From Conidiobolus incongruus B7586 (Eukaryota), in assembly GCA_000697335.1 (NCBI GenBank), contig JNEM01011368.1, forward strand, positions 1 to 33,783: a stretch of DNA of 33,783 nucleotides, written 5' to 3'. The notes below the pieces were generated by a model that was not told where the DNA came from, ran no database searches, and saw only the letters and a program-made list of their open reading frames with translations. The translations under genes were made by a program, and so were the position numbers. Positions 12,301 to 24,013 of the stretch are shown piece after piece; positions within the stretch are counted from its first letter, which is position 1; every line of letters starts with the position of its first letter.

Positions 12301-14336
12301 TATTAAAGGTATTGGCTGAGTTCCCTAATAATACTTTAATTTCTTGTGGTGGAGGTATTATTGAAATGGAAGAAAACTGTAAACTCCTCATAGATTATGG
12401 AAACAATGGTGGAATAGTTTTGCATCTCAGAAATGATGATATTGAGAGTATTGAGCAATATTTAAATCGAGATATTTCAAGACCTGCTTATTCTGGTGCT
12501 GAAAGTATTCGAGAAGTTTGGAAACGCCGTTGTCCATTGTATGAAAGATGCAGCAATTATGAGTATAATATAATTAATCCAAGTTTGGATAACTGGAAAT
12601 TGGTTAAAGTTGATTTTATTGAATTTTTAAAGAATATTAGCAACCCAAGACCCATTCCTGCTTATTCACCCGATATTTCAAGCTTTTTCGTTTGTTTAAC
12701 TAGTCATAATATTTCTGAGGTCAAGGAACAATTAACAAATATTATTCAAGGATGCCAAGCTGTTGAACTTAGAGTTGATTTACTTAACCCCCCTAATTCG
12801 CCTAATGCCCAAATCTTAGATTTTAGCACTGAACAAGAATTGTATACCTTCGAAAGATATGTCGCTTTACAAGTAACTGAATTGAGACACATTGTTAAAA
12901 AGCTTCCTATTATTTATACGTTAAGAACCAAGAGTGAAGGAGGAAGATTATCTAATTCTTTACCTTTACCTTTCTTGAAGAGATTATTTAAACTTGGTTT
13001 CCAATTAGGTTGTCAATTGATTGATATTGAGATGAATCTTGATGTTCAACAAATTTTGTCTGATTTACCCAGCTTTCGAGGAACTTCCAAAATTATTGCC
13101 TCATTTCATGACTTAAATGGTCAGCTTGATTGGGGAGAAGCTAATTGCTACGAAAAGATTAAACAAGGATCTTTGTATGGAGATATTGTCAAATTGGTTT
13201 CAGTAGCTCAAAATATGGAAAATAACATGAAATTAGAGAGTTTTTTGGGCGATTATTATTCGAAATTATCTCAATTCAACAACATTCCTTTGATTGCTCT
13301 TAATATGGGTTCTAATGGACAACTATCACGTATTCTAAATAGATATCTCACCCCTGTAACACATCCTGCTCTTCCTACAAAAGCTGCACCAGGCCAATTA
13401 ACCGTTCAACAAATCAATTATGCTCGACATCTTTTAGGTTTAATCCCTGCTAAAGATTTATACTTGTTTGGCACTCCCATCTCCCAATCACCATCTCCTT
13501 CAATACATAATAGCTGGTTCCAAGCTCTTGGATTTCCACACAAATACCAACTCTGCGAAACAGATCAAATCGATGTAATGAGAAAGGTTGTCCAAAGTCC
13601 AGCTTTTGGTGGGGCTAATTGCACCATCCCAACTAAAGAAATTGGTATAGAACTTGTGGAAGAACTTTCAGAATCAGCTAGAATAATTGGTGCGATCAAC
13701 ACAATTTATTGGGGTGATTCCCAAGATAAAAAGAAACGTATACTCAAGGGAGATAACACTGATTGGCTCGCATTATTCAACAAAATCAACGAAAAACTCG
13801 AAGGAGACAAACCTGATTCTAATAGATCCGCTTTGGTATTAGGAGCTGGTGGTACTGCCAGAGCCAGTTTATATTCTTTATACAAGGCTGGGTTCGAGAC
13901 TATCTATTTGTATAATAGAACTCATTCTAAAGCCAAGCTATTAGCTCAGCATTTTGAAAAACTTTTCAAGATCATAGTAGTTGATGAAAATGTCAATATC
14001 GCTGATTTCTTCAGTAATAATTCTAACTCTCAAGTTAAACCGCCTCAGATCATTGTAGATACCCTACCTGGCTCTGCTCAAGTGTTGACAAATGAGCTCG
14101 AAACTGCTTTATTTAATTCATTTAACTCTCAATCTAGATCTAAAAATATAACTGTTCGTTTTGCCTATGCCAAATATCCAAGTAAACAGTCTACCCAAGA
14201 AGCAAGTTTAATTTCTGCTGGGGATTCTTCTAACAAGGATTCGAATTCGATAGAAGAAATTACTGGTCTTGAATTGTTAAGGGAACAAGCTAAATATGGA
14301 TTCCAATTATGGACTGGTATTTTCCCTGAATATTAG
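9399..14336 (+). CDS. ARO1: Pentafunctional AROM polypeptide (~1612 aa; exons 9399-10086 and 10186-14336)
   Basis: DHQ synthase ([31 protein letters not shown]), EPSP synthase ([30 protein letters not shown]), shikimate kinase (GMRGVGKT), type I dehydroquinase (VELRVDLL) and shikimate dehydrogenase (GAINT, NTDW, GAGGTA). A 99-nt GT-AG intron at 10087-10185 joins the two listed ORFs in frame. Confidence 0.98.
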
Positions 14337-14569
14337 GGAATATGTTTATTGTTAATGAAATTATTTTGATAATATATATTCAAATAATCAAATATTTCAA
14401 TTAATCCTATTTCTTTTTATATCATATAAAAAAGGAAATCTAAATTTATTAAATATAAGATCCTTAATACTATAAATTCTCATGCATTCTTTTGATCAAT
14501 AGATTAAATCGATCTTTCAAATTTATACATTTGAAATACTTTCATAATATTACAATCCATTAAGGAGCC

Positions 14570-17265
14570 AAATTTAATGATTGCTATGCTAGTATGGCCA
14601 TTAGTCATAGTTTATTACCAACAATTGGGTTGACATTTTTTATCCATGGATCCTTTAAATTTATTTTTATCAAATAAAATATTTTATGTGAAATATTATA
14701 TAATAGTTTAATCGTTGATTACTTTTCCGAAATATGGTTCTATATCAAAACATTGCGATTGGTACAAGCTCATGATGTTACCAAAACAACAGGCTACAAT
14801 ATTAATTAAATTTTATTTGGTATATTTTGAAGGTATTTGTCCCCAAAAATCACTTGAAACTGAAATTCTACCTGTATTAAAAATTATTGGTCATGCTTTT
14901 AAATATTTTGAAATTATCCCTATTGATAGAGTCTATTTTAATGATGAGAGATGTAAATATATTTTTCGCTTCAATATTTGAATATTTAAAATATATTGCT
15001 AGTAGTTGAATGCATCAAACAATATGGTCTTAATGAAGATGTTCAAAAACTCCAACCTCATTTAACTTTAAAGTAACACTTAAAAATTTTATAAAAAATA
15101 TTGTTTATTTAATGTAGATATTATGGGTTGGCGGCTTTAGCATGACTATTCAAGTAAATAAAACACACAAATTACATTAAATTTAATAATATTGGTAGAT
15201 ATATGGAATTTTATATAAAAACCTTTTTCCCTCAAAGTTCTGAACATATTGTATGTACAGATGCAAAAGGTAAAATAATAGCTAAATTATGAGATCATCT
15301 AAATATTGGTTATGTAAGTTCTATGATAATTTGTAGTTTAATTTGAAAATAAAAAACTATTACTAAAAAATATTAGATCCGTATATTTGTGCACCAATGA
15401 AATCATTAAGAGATATTGATACTAATGCTTTTAAACATTATTTTTGAAGATTAAATTCCATTATTAATACCTTTATTATTTTTATTGAAAAACGATGCAA
15501 TAGACAATACCTCTACAAAAATGTGAGCAATGAATTGAATATTAGTATTGATATTCAATTATTAAAATGGTTTAGTCAATCACCTGAAATTCAACATTAA
15601 TCAATTATTAATTGGTGAATATAAATGAAATACAAATACATTTTCTAAATATATTTATACGAAAATACAGTGGAAACTAGACTGAACCGTATTGAAGGTA
15701 AGGTTTTAATCAAATTTAAAAATAAAACTAAATAATAACTTTGAATATTATCCTATCCCATTATGTAAACTAAATTGATATATCCATTGTTAAATTAAGC
15801 GATTATTTAAAAAATTATCAGTTTGATTAATAAATGTGCTCATAATTAAATCAAATTCAAAAAACAGCAGTTAATAATATCAAAGTTATTTGTATATGAA
15901 TCATTTCATGATGTAGATTTTATCAGGAAATATGCATTAGATATCATTTCAAATTTTAAAAGCCTAATATTTATATAGGCGAATAACGAAAACAGTTCAA
16001 TCAAGCATTTGGAACAAAATTTTATATTAGTTTCAAAAAATGGATTAGATTTAATTGCAAATATAATTCAACTTAAGTATATTTAAAAATCATTTGATTC
16101 AAAATATATATGAGATTAATAATATCTTTAAGTCGATTGTAGAAATATGAAATATGTATTGTGAAAAATACAGGAAATAATACAAACTAATCAATGAAAA
16201 ATAAATTGTCTATTAAATGTTTTTTCAATCGAAACCATTGGTTTGAATAACCTTTCTCAATCAAATAATCCAATATATATTATAAGGTTAATATAATTAA
16301 ATTCTTCATTAGGATAGGATTAACTTAAATAATGTGCAAATAATAGCCTACGATGCTGGTAATATAAATTAATTTTTCAGCCTGAAAAACTTATTCAAAA
16401 AATATTGATAATATATTTGCATTAGTCAATGAATATAAATGTATTTTTATGATCTATGCTTAACATATATTATAAACACAAAATTAGCTCAGCTCTCATT
16501 AGCATCTCAACTTAAATATATCACTAATTACGAGTATCAGATTCAAATTTCAAAAGTTCAAAGTCGTATTAATTACCTAATATTTTTCCAAGAGGATCTA
16601 AAAAAACAATATGGCATATCTAACAACCTTAGATATAATAGGACATTAAATAATATTGATCAAGTACAGATTATTCAATAGTCTGAGTTAAATGAAGGAA
16701 TGAAGCATTCACTTGATGAAGTTGATTTAATTTCAAATGAGTAATAGGAATTTTATCAACAGTTCTAATATTGAGTAAAATCAAACAAAATATAAGAATA
16801 TTATATAAGCTCCCTCAATCTATTTCATTCCTTGATATGATGGTCAGTTTCGCAATTCATGCTTCCAAACATTGTTTAGATATTTAGCATTTGAATATTA
16901 TTTCAATTTTTAATTATCGTTTATTGAAACTGATATTTGGGAAATACGACAATAAAAATTTCTGATATACAATTTTATATAGTGAAATTCAATCAAAATG
17001 TTCTCCAAACAATATATTATTCTCTTAGAATAAAAGCTTTTCAATCATAACTTGACCTACTATGAGTGGAAAACAATTTTCTTAAATCAAGTCACACTTG
17101 AATATATTATAGCAAAAATTAGAAGATAGTAAATATTTTTCAATTTTTCATTTATTAGTATCCCAGTAAAATTTAAAAATATCAAACTAAATAATCAAAT
17201 ATTAGATTATTATTCTCAATAATCTGAATTTTTATTCAAATTTATCATCTCAACAAGAGTTAGAT
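14570..17265 (+). pseudogene. MSH4: MSH4-like (meiotic MutS-gamma) multi-exon pseudogene; boundaries approximate
   Basis: Collinear fragments: IIPIDRVYFNDE; KYYGLAALA*LFK|YMEFYIKTFFPQSSEHIVC (15119-15270, with GT-AG introns); TVETRLNRIE; TYSKNIDNIFALVNEY; LYKLPQSISFLDMMVSFA (16801 onward). The ATPase region reads PNNILFS*NKSFSIIT*PTMSGK, then after a frameshift TIFLNQVTLEYIIAKI (17005-17125). These recall MSH4 KYYCLAAAAALLKYVE, LYKLSDTVSMLDML and IITGPNMSGKSTYLKQIAL. Confidence 0.82.
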
Positions 17266-17269
17266 TGAA

Positions 17270-18515
17270 TTTAATATATAAGTATAGAAATTAAGAAATG
17301 GCAAATTTTTTAATTTCTGATCTTTCAAACATATTATATATTCAATTTTAATTATTTATTTATTAAAATATTTTAATTTTAAAATTTACACTTAAATTTA
17401 ATTATGTTTAAATTAGATAGCAATTATTAAAAGGCTTTTATTTTTATATCTTTAAAACTTAACTATAAACCCTTTAAAATTATTTAAAACTTATAAATAA
17501 TTTATAAAGATATTATTTTATTTAAAACTACTATATATCACTAGATTTGTAATTTTAAAGTTAAAAGGAATATTATTTAAAATTTGTTAAAATTTAAAAG
17601 ATTAGTTTCTATTATTACTCTTTTATTTATTAATAATATAAAAAAATATTCAATAATATCTTTTTATTTTTGTTAAAAAATTATTAAAGTAATTTAATAT
17701 TAATTATATAAGCATATTATATATATTTAAGTTTAAACTTAAATTAATTAATAAAAATATATAATAAATACTTTATAATTTAACAAAAGCTTAAAAAAAA
17801 ACTAAAGTAACTATAGTTAAATTAAATTTATTAAGGTATAATTAAAAACAAAGGTTTTTACAAAAAATATTTATAATTAATAAATTTTAAATTTTTTTAT
17901 ATAATCTTTTACTTAAAAATAAAACAAAATATTAAGTTAAATTAATCCTTTTTATAAATTTTAATAAATAAACATTTTAAATACAAGTGAATGTTAATTA
18001 TTATAATAGATTATAATAGTATATGGTTTTTTTATTTAATACCTTAAGGAGAATTAATTAATAACAAATTATATATTATTTCTTTATATAAAATAATTTT
18101 TAAATAATGTTTTTAATATAAATTAAAGATATATATTATTTTATATAATAATTATAAAATATATAAAGTTATAAAAGATTTTTTATATAAGAAAATAGAA
18201 AAAGTTATTACATCTAGTATATTTACTTAATTATCACTTATATAATTATAATTGTTTTAAATAATTAAAAAAACAACTTATAAGAAAAAAATTCCTATAA
18301 ACAAATTAAATTAATTTATAAAATATCAAATTTTAATCCTTAATAAAAAAAACTATTTTTCAAATATTAAAAGCTTACTAAAAATATAGAAAAAAGTTAT
18401 TAATAATAAAAGAGGCTATTAATTTTATATTATTTATTAATTTTTATATATTGTTTATTAATTTATTTGTTTAATTTCAATTTCAAAATTGTAATATTAC
18501 TTTATATTAATATTT
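17270..18515 (+). mobile_element. Hypermutated mariner (Tc1/mariner, DD34D-type) transposon; transposase relic ~17404-18422
   Basis: Reversing C->T and G->A changes recovers mariner motifs in order. TTIYH*ICNFK...NLLKFKRL ~ W...F...DLPRSGRP (17527-17604); *ILYNLTKA*K ~ WIPHNLTEAQK (17765-17797); FLQKIFIINKF*IFLYNL ~ ..TIDE.WI..YDP (17855-17908); MLIIIIDYNSI...IP*GELINNKLY; ILYNN ~ ILHDN (18138-18152); *KKLLHLVYLLN ~ WE.LPHPAYSPD (18196-18231); NIKSLLKI*KKVINNKRGY* ~ GI..LP.RW.KVI...G.Y (18363-18422). Length ~1.25 kb. TIR boundaries are uncertain. Confidence 0.88.
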
Positions 18516-19792
18516 TACACCATACATTAAGTTCAAATTTGTTTCAAATTAAAGGATTTAGTTAAAATATTTGGTTTAATATGATATTAAATATTATTTA
18601 CTTTTTATCAATTTGGTATTTCTCAATATTTATTAAGATTATTGTTCACTGTATTCAAAAAATTAATATCTTCAAAGGTAATCAATTCTAATAAAAATAA
18701 GAATATATTAACTTTTATCATCTATTACATTTTTTTCAACACATTTTACTGGATCCTCAATTTATTTTTTGAATCATTCAACTGTAAACACTCCAAAGTT
18801 TAGCATTGTAGTATATTTTAATACCAATGACTTTTGAAATTATTATTTATTCATAAATAGAAATTAAAATTTCAGGGCAAAAATGTATCACTTAAAATTA
18901 TAATTTTTCCAGTGGATTTGAGCAAAAAAAGACATTATAGCAAGTTTCAAATGATTTTAAATTGAATTATAATTAGAATTTCAAGATTAAACTGACCAAA
19001 CAGGTCCGATACGATCTTTTATAAATGCAGCTAGTAGAATCTCCAATGAGATAACTATATATAAATTGGTTTCATAATATTAATAGAGATGTAATATTAG
19101 TCTTGACAAGGGAAATCTAGTTATACGATTTTTGTATAAAGCCAACAAAAATATTATAAAATATCAACATTCAAATATATAATGAATAAATACAATGTTA
19201 ATAAATACTCATGGTTTCAGATAGTATAATTTATATTATTAAAAAACAAAAATGGGCCAAGGATTAACAAGACCAAATTATTAATTCAAGCCAAAGATAT
19301 GAACTAATACACAATATAAGTATATATATATATATCTAACATGATTAACTTGTAGGCTTATCCTAAACATTTAAATTTATACTACATATAATTGGAAATT
19401 ATCTTTTATATATATTCACTAATATAGAAGCTTCCTGATTTGAAATATAGTTGTATGGTTATATATCGTAATAGTTATAGTATCAAAACTTTTTATGAAA
19501 CAGAGTACTCAATTCATCCCTCATTTTGAATTAAATCACTTAAAATTTATTGAAATAAGTTCAATTTCTTCATCAATATTAGAATACAAAGATAAATAAA
19601 GTCACTGTTTAGTTACATGTTAAAAGAGAAATTCGGTAAAGGATAATAGTATAACATCTATATTAAATAAATATTTAATTGAATATAAATAAACATTATT
19701 AATGGGAATTAATTTTTGTGATAAAAAGTTACACAAATATAAAATTTCTAGTATGTCAGGTTGATAAACGAAAGTTATTTAAAATAAATATT

Positions 19793-20283
19793 TTAAGCGG
19801 AAGGGTTTTCCGTTTTTTTTGGAGGTTCTTCTGGGGTAGTTCCAATCTCGAGATCTATTCTTTCTTTGGCTCTGAAAATCTTAGACTGTAGATAAAATGA
19901 ACCACCTTTAGTTGGGTCATTAATATTAAATAAATGCTCATATTTCTAAAAAACTAATATTAGTATTTGTGTTAATAGATTTTAATAATATTAATAATAA
20001 ACCTTTTTAATCTCTTCAACTTTGGCATCCTTTTCAACATTCAAAATTTGATAAGCTTCTTGTAAAGTAATACCAGTTTGGCGGGAAATAGGGTCATTAG
20101 CAGTTTTTGCGGCGGCTGAAGCACCTTGAGTGGCAGCATCTATATAAATTATTAGTTAATATATTAAAAATAAAAAATTTTAACCAAATTACTAGCAGCA
20201 GCAACTTTATAAGCGTCAACAAAAGCTCTTCCCAAAATAGTGGCACCACTGATAATTACTTGTGCAATAGCTCTAGCAGACAT
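19793..20283 (-). CDS. PAM16: Mitochondrial import motor subunit Pam16/Tim16 (~126 aa; exons 20283-20193, 20139-20003, 19945-19793)
   Basis: Spliced translation [31 protein letters not shown]...[13 protein letters not shown]...[30 protein letters not shown] matches the Pam16 J-like domain. Introns are GT-AG and in frame. Confidence 0.95.
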
Positions 20284-20992
20284 TATTTATAATCTTTTTT
20301 TAATTATTAAAATAAATAATAGTTAAAGGTTTAGTTAGATTTAATTATCTATTTAATTCAATTAAATGTAACAAAGAATTTATTTATATCTGGAAATTCG
20401 ATTGAAACATTTATAATATATTTTAATATTATAAAATTATGGGATATTTTGATCAATTTTAATCCATCAAAAATATTCTAGAAACTAAAAAAAGAATTGA
20501 TTTATAGAAATAAAGAATGATTTCACAAAAAAAATAGATTAACTAAAAAAATATACCTTATGTTTGAAATAATGCTTAGGGTGAATTAAAAATTTAAGTC
20601 AAATTATTATCTTAATATTACCGTTATATTTAAATCAAAGGTATAAATAAATATCTCACAATTGTTAATAAAAATATTTAATTACATACTGCTAATCAGA
20701 AAATTATGAAATTAAAAGGGTAAAAGAATCGATACAAAGTGTTGATAATATAAATTGTTTGATGAAAATAATTAATTTTAAACTAACCTTTTGTTTTTTA
20801 AATATTAATTATATATCAATTATTGAATAAATTAGTTTTAAGGAACTTAAAACCAGAAAATAGAATCCCATAAAAGAAAATTTTAGAAACAGAATATTTA
20901 TAAACTTTGTTAATTGAAAAAAATATGCATTAAATATACAAAAAAATTTATTCATTAATAAATATATTTAATATTAAATTGTTTTTTCGAAA

Positions 20993-22189
20993 ATGGTCAA
21001 AAAACATAATGTCCAAGTATCCGTGAATAACATCGATGGAACCCAATTTTCTGGTCCTTATCTCACTCCTATTTCAGGGTTTTTGCCTCCAAATAATATA
21101 CAATATCAAGGCTATTATAAGGATAAATCAGTTCATCAAAGAATATTATATGGCGAAAATGACAAAATGGAATATACTTTGAGCAATACTGGTTCCGATG
21201 CTCAATACGGCGTGAACAGCCAATATTTAGTAGGTATTTATGATCCTGAAACTAAATCTGTCACCTTTCAACCCGCACCTTTTCTCCACATGAATCGTGA
21301 AGTTAAGGTCCTTAAGACGCTTTCTGGTGCCAACGAAGCGGCCACCAAATCATATGTTGAATCTGTTGAAGCTTTGGGTCAAGAATTTGGTACCAAGAAG
21401 AAACGCTCTGAAATTGCCATGAAGAAGAAAAACACTGTTGATGTGTCTACCATGCAAAATGATTTGGATCAAATTTCAGGTTCTATTAAAGCTGAAGCTA
21501 ATCCAGAAAATTTGGATCCTCTTGTTGGATTCAAACAGACTCTTCCTACTTTCAGCCTTACTGCCAAGAATCCAGAAGATATTTACAACTTGAAGACTTT
21601 CTTCAACAACCAACTTTTAAACACTCTTCCAATTGGCAAGCTTTTGAATTGCACAGATCCCAAAGAGCTCGATCAGCTTATGACTTACCCTCAATCCAAG
21701 TTTTTACACGCTCATCTCAGCGAGCATTTGGGTACCTCTGGACCTAAGAATAAGGATATTATCAAGAAGCTCCAATTTATTGGCCTTATGATGAAATTAT
21801 ACAGTGCCTCTCGTGATGCAATCGCCAACCCCACTAAATTAAAGAATTTGTTCAAGAATTTCACCAGCGTTGGTGACGTTCTCATTGAGCACTTCACTGA
21901 AATCTCTCAAAATTTTGGAAGCAAAGCCACAAGAGTTTTGCCAGATAACTTGAAGACTAAGCTCGCATGCCACATCATCGTTATGATTCTCACCCTCAGC
22001 AACTATCAAATCGATTTGGTTACCCTTGCAAGTGACTTGAAGATCGATTTAAATCGCGCTACTCAACTGGCCTTCCTTGTAGGTTGTAAACCTGCATCTT
22101 TCGGTAAAGGCAACTCCGCCACTTCCAAGGTGTTCAAATTGGTTGCTCCTCTTTCTTTACAAACTGAATCCAAAAAGAGACGTAAATAG
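20993..22189 (+). CDS. RPA49: RNA polymerase I subunit A49/PAF53-like protein (398 aa)
   Basis: Intact ORF with QYLVGIYDPETKSVTFQPAP, LGQEFGTKKKR, LPTFSLTAKNPEDIY, KLACHIIVMILTL...LASDLKI...VGCK and LVAPL, plus a basic C-terminus. These are typical of the A49 family. Confidence 0.88.
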   Translation: MVKKHNVQVSVNNIDGTQFSGPYLTPISGFLPPNNIQYQGYYKDKSVHQRILYGENDKMEYTLSNTGSDAQYGVNSQYLVGIYDPETKSVTFQPAPFLHMNREVKVLKTLSGANEAATKSYVESVEALGQEFGTKKKRSEIAMKKKNTVDVSTMQNDLDQISGSIKAEANPENLDPLVGFKQTLPTFSLTAKNPEDIYNLKTFFNNQLLNTLPIGKLLNCTDPKELDQLMTYPQSKFLHAHLSEHLGTSGPKNKDIIKKLQFIGLMMKLYSASRDAIANPTKLKNLFKNFTSVGDVLIEHFTEISQNFGSKATRVLPDNLKTKLACHIIVMILTLSNYQIDLVTLASDLKIDLNRATQLAFLVGCKPASFGKGNSATSKVFKLVAPLSLQTESKKRRK

Positions 22190-22920
22190 TTTAATTAAAA
22201 TTTGATATTTCAATTACTCGATAGACTCAATAATAAACTAGCTCACATATTTCCTAATCTTAGAAAATAATATTTATAAACATTAATTTTACAACTAAAT
22301 CGCATTTCGTATTTATTTAGCCTCAAGTACTACCAATTCTTTATATTAAGCAACATTATATAGAAAAACCAACTTTGAGCTTTTACTAAATTTCCAAACT
22401 ATATCATATTATCAAACGATATATTCATAATATTAAAAAATATTGTTAATATTTTACTTAGGATTTGAATCAGTCAATTTATTCTTCATATAATTTTTTC
22501 TTTCCCTCGATATTTCGACTGTGAATTCTTACGATTTTGTTTAAAATACTTACATTGGTTGATAAATTATCGATCTAAAGTTAATTATACTTGATATTTA
22601 GGATTAGCAATTATTAGGTTTGGAAATTTAAATTTTTGATGATCAAATCCAACCAATCTAACAGATTTATAAAAAAATACCATCCAAAATATTTGTAAAG
22701 GAAAAAAATTATTTACTAAAAACTGAATAATAGCGTAAAGTGCTAAAATCATTTGATATTTCTATTATTATTTTTGAAATCTAAATATTCCACCAATTAT
22801 AACAATTTTCAATTACTAAATTCTTCTTAAAGATCCCACAATTGATATATTTGTTATTGTGTTAATTTAAAGAGTGATACCCAAGGGTTTATAAATGAAA
22901 AATCCTAAAATAAACGAAAA

Positions 22921-23699
22921 ATGTTTAATGAACAATATACATTAAATCAGCTTATCTTAATAGGTTTATTAGGATTTAGTACTGGTTATTTATTAAGTAA
23001 ACTTAGAGTAGTTTAATATATATTACCAATAATTATATATATTAATCATTTGAATATTTTAGTCAAAGTTAAAATTACCCCAAGTAACAGAAGCTGCCAA
23101 GTCTAAAATTGAATTTAGCCCTAATGAAGAATTTAAAATGGTTTTGGTTATTAGAACAGATCTGGGTATGACTAAAGGCCAAGTAGCCGCTCAGGTATTA
23201 ATATACAAATTTCAATTTCCATTAAATACGATATTAATTCCATCATTACTAGTGTTCTCACGCTACTTTAGCTTGCTATAAAGATTCGGTTAACAGACAT
23301 GCAGATGTGATATAATTAGCATTGATCATAATTTATTATTTTTTAATATCGATTTATAGATATTACAACATTGGGAAAATAATGGTCAACCTAAAATTAC
23401 TTTGAAATGTGACAGTGAAGAAGAAATGTAATATATTAAAAGTTATCTTAGCAATTGAACACATTTATTTTTCAATTTAATTAGGTTGAAAATGCAAACA
23501 CTAGCTAGACAGTTGGGATTATGTGCTCACAGCATCAGAGACGCTGGTAGAACTCAGATTCCTGCTGGCTCTAGAACTGTGTTGGGTATTGGACCAGGTA
23601 ATTTATGATTTTAATTTTTTAATAATACTTTTATTAAAATTATCTTTAGGTCCCGTTTCTTTGATCAATCAAGTTTCTGGTCATCTTAAACTTTATTGA
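22921..23699 (+). CDS. PTH2: Peptidyl-tRNA hydrolase 2 with N-terminal membrane anchor (~167 aa; exons 22921-23007, 23063-23194, 23253-23306, 23360-23427, 23485-23597, 23650-23699)
   Basis: Spliced translation includes [39 protein letters not shown] and [37 protein letters not shown]. Five GT-AG introns give a continuous frame. Confidence 0.93.
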
Positions 23700-24013
23700 A
23701 TAACTGATAAAAAGTTAATTATTTTAAATATATAGTATATTTATTTATTAGTTCAGAGATTATACTAAGAATTAATGTTTAGCTTCATATTTTAAAAAGA
23801 TAATATTTTGAACGAATTTATTTTTTCAATTAACACTATTATAAGCATATAAAATTTATATCATTCAAGTTTTTCAAGTTAATGGATCTATCTATAAATT
23901 TTAATTATAATTGAATCACTTTATAAAATTTGCACCACACTTAATCTATATTTTTAAATACATAATAATATAAATTATACAGAAATTACAGAGTAATAAT
24001 AATATTTTATTTA

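Noticed and set aside
17340..18480. Centromere/origin-like AT island or mitochondrial insertion
   Set aside because: It is better explained by the ordered mariner transposase motifs.
20284..20992. PAM16-RPA49 divergent promoter as something special
   Set aside because: Head-to-head housekeeping pairs are common and I found no distinctive motif.
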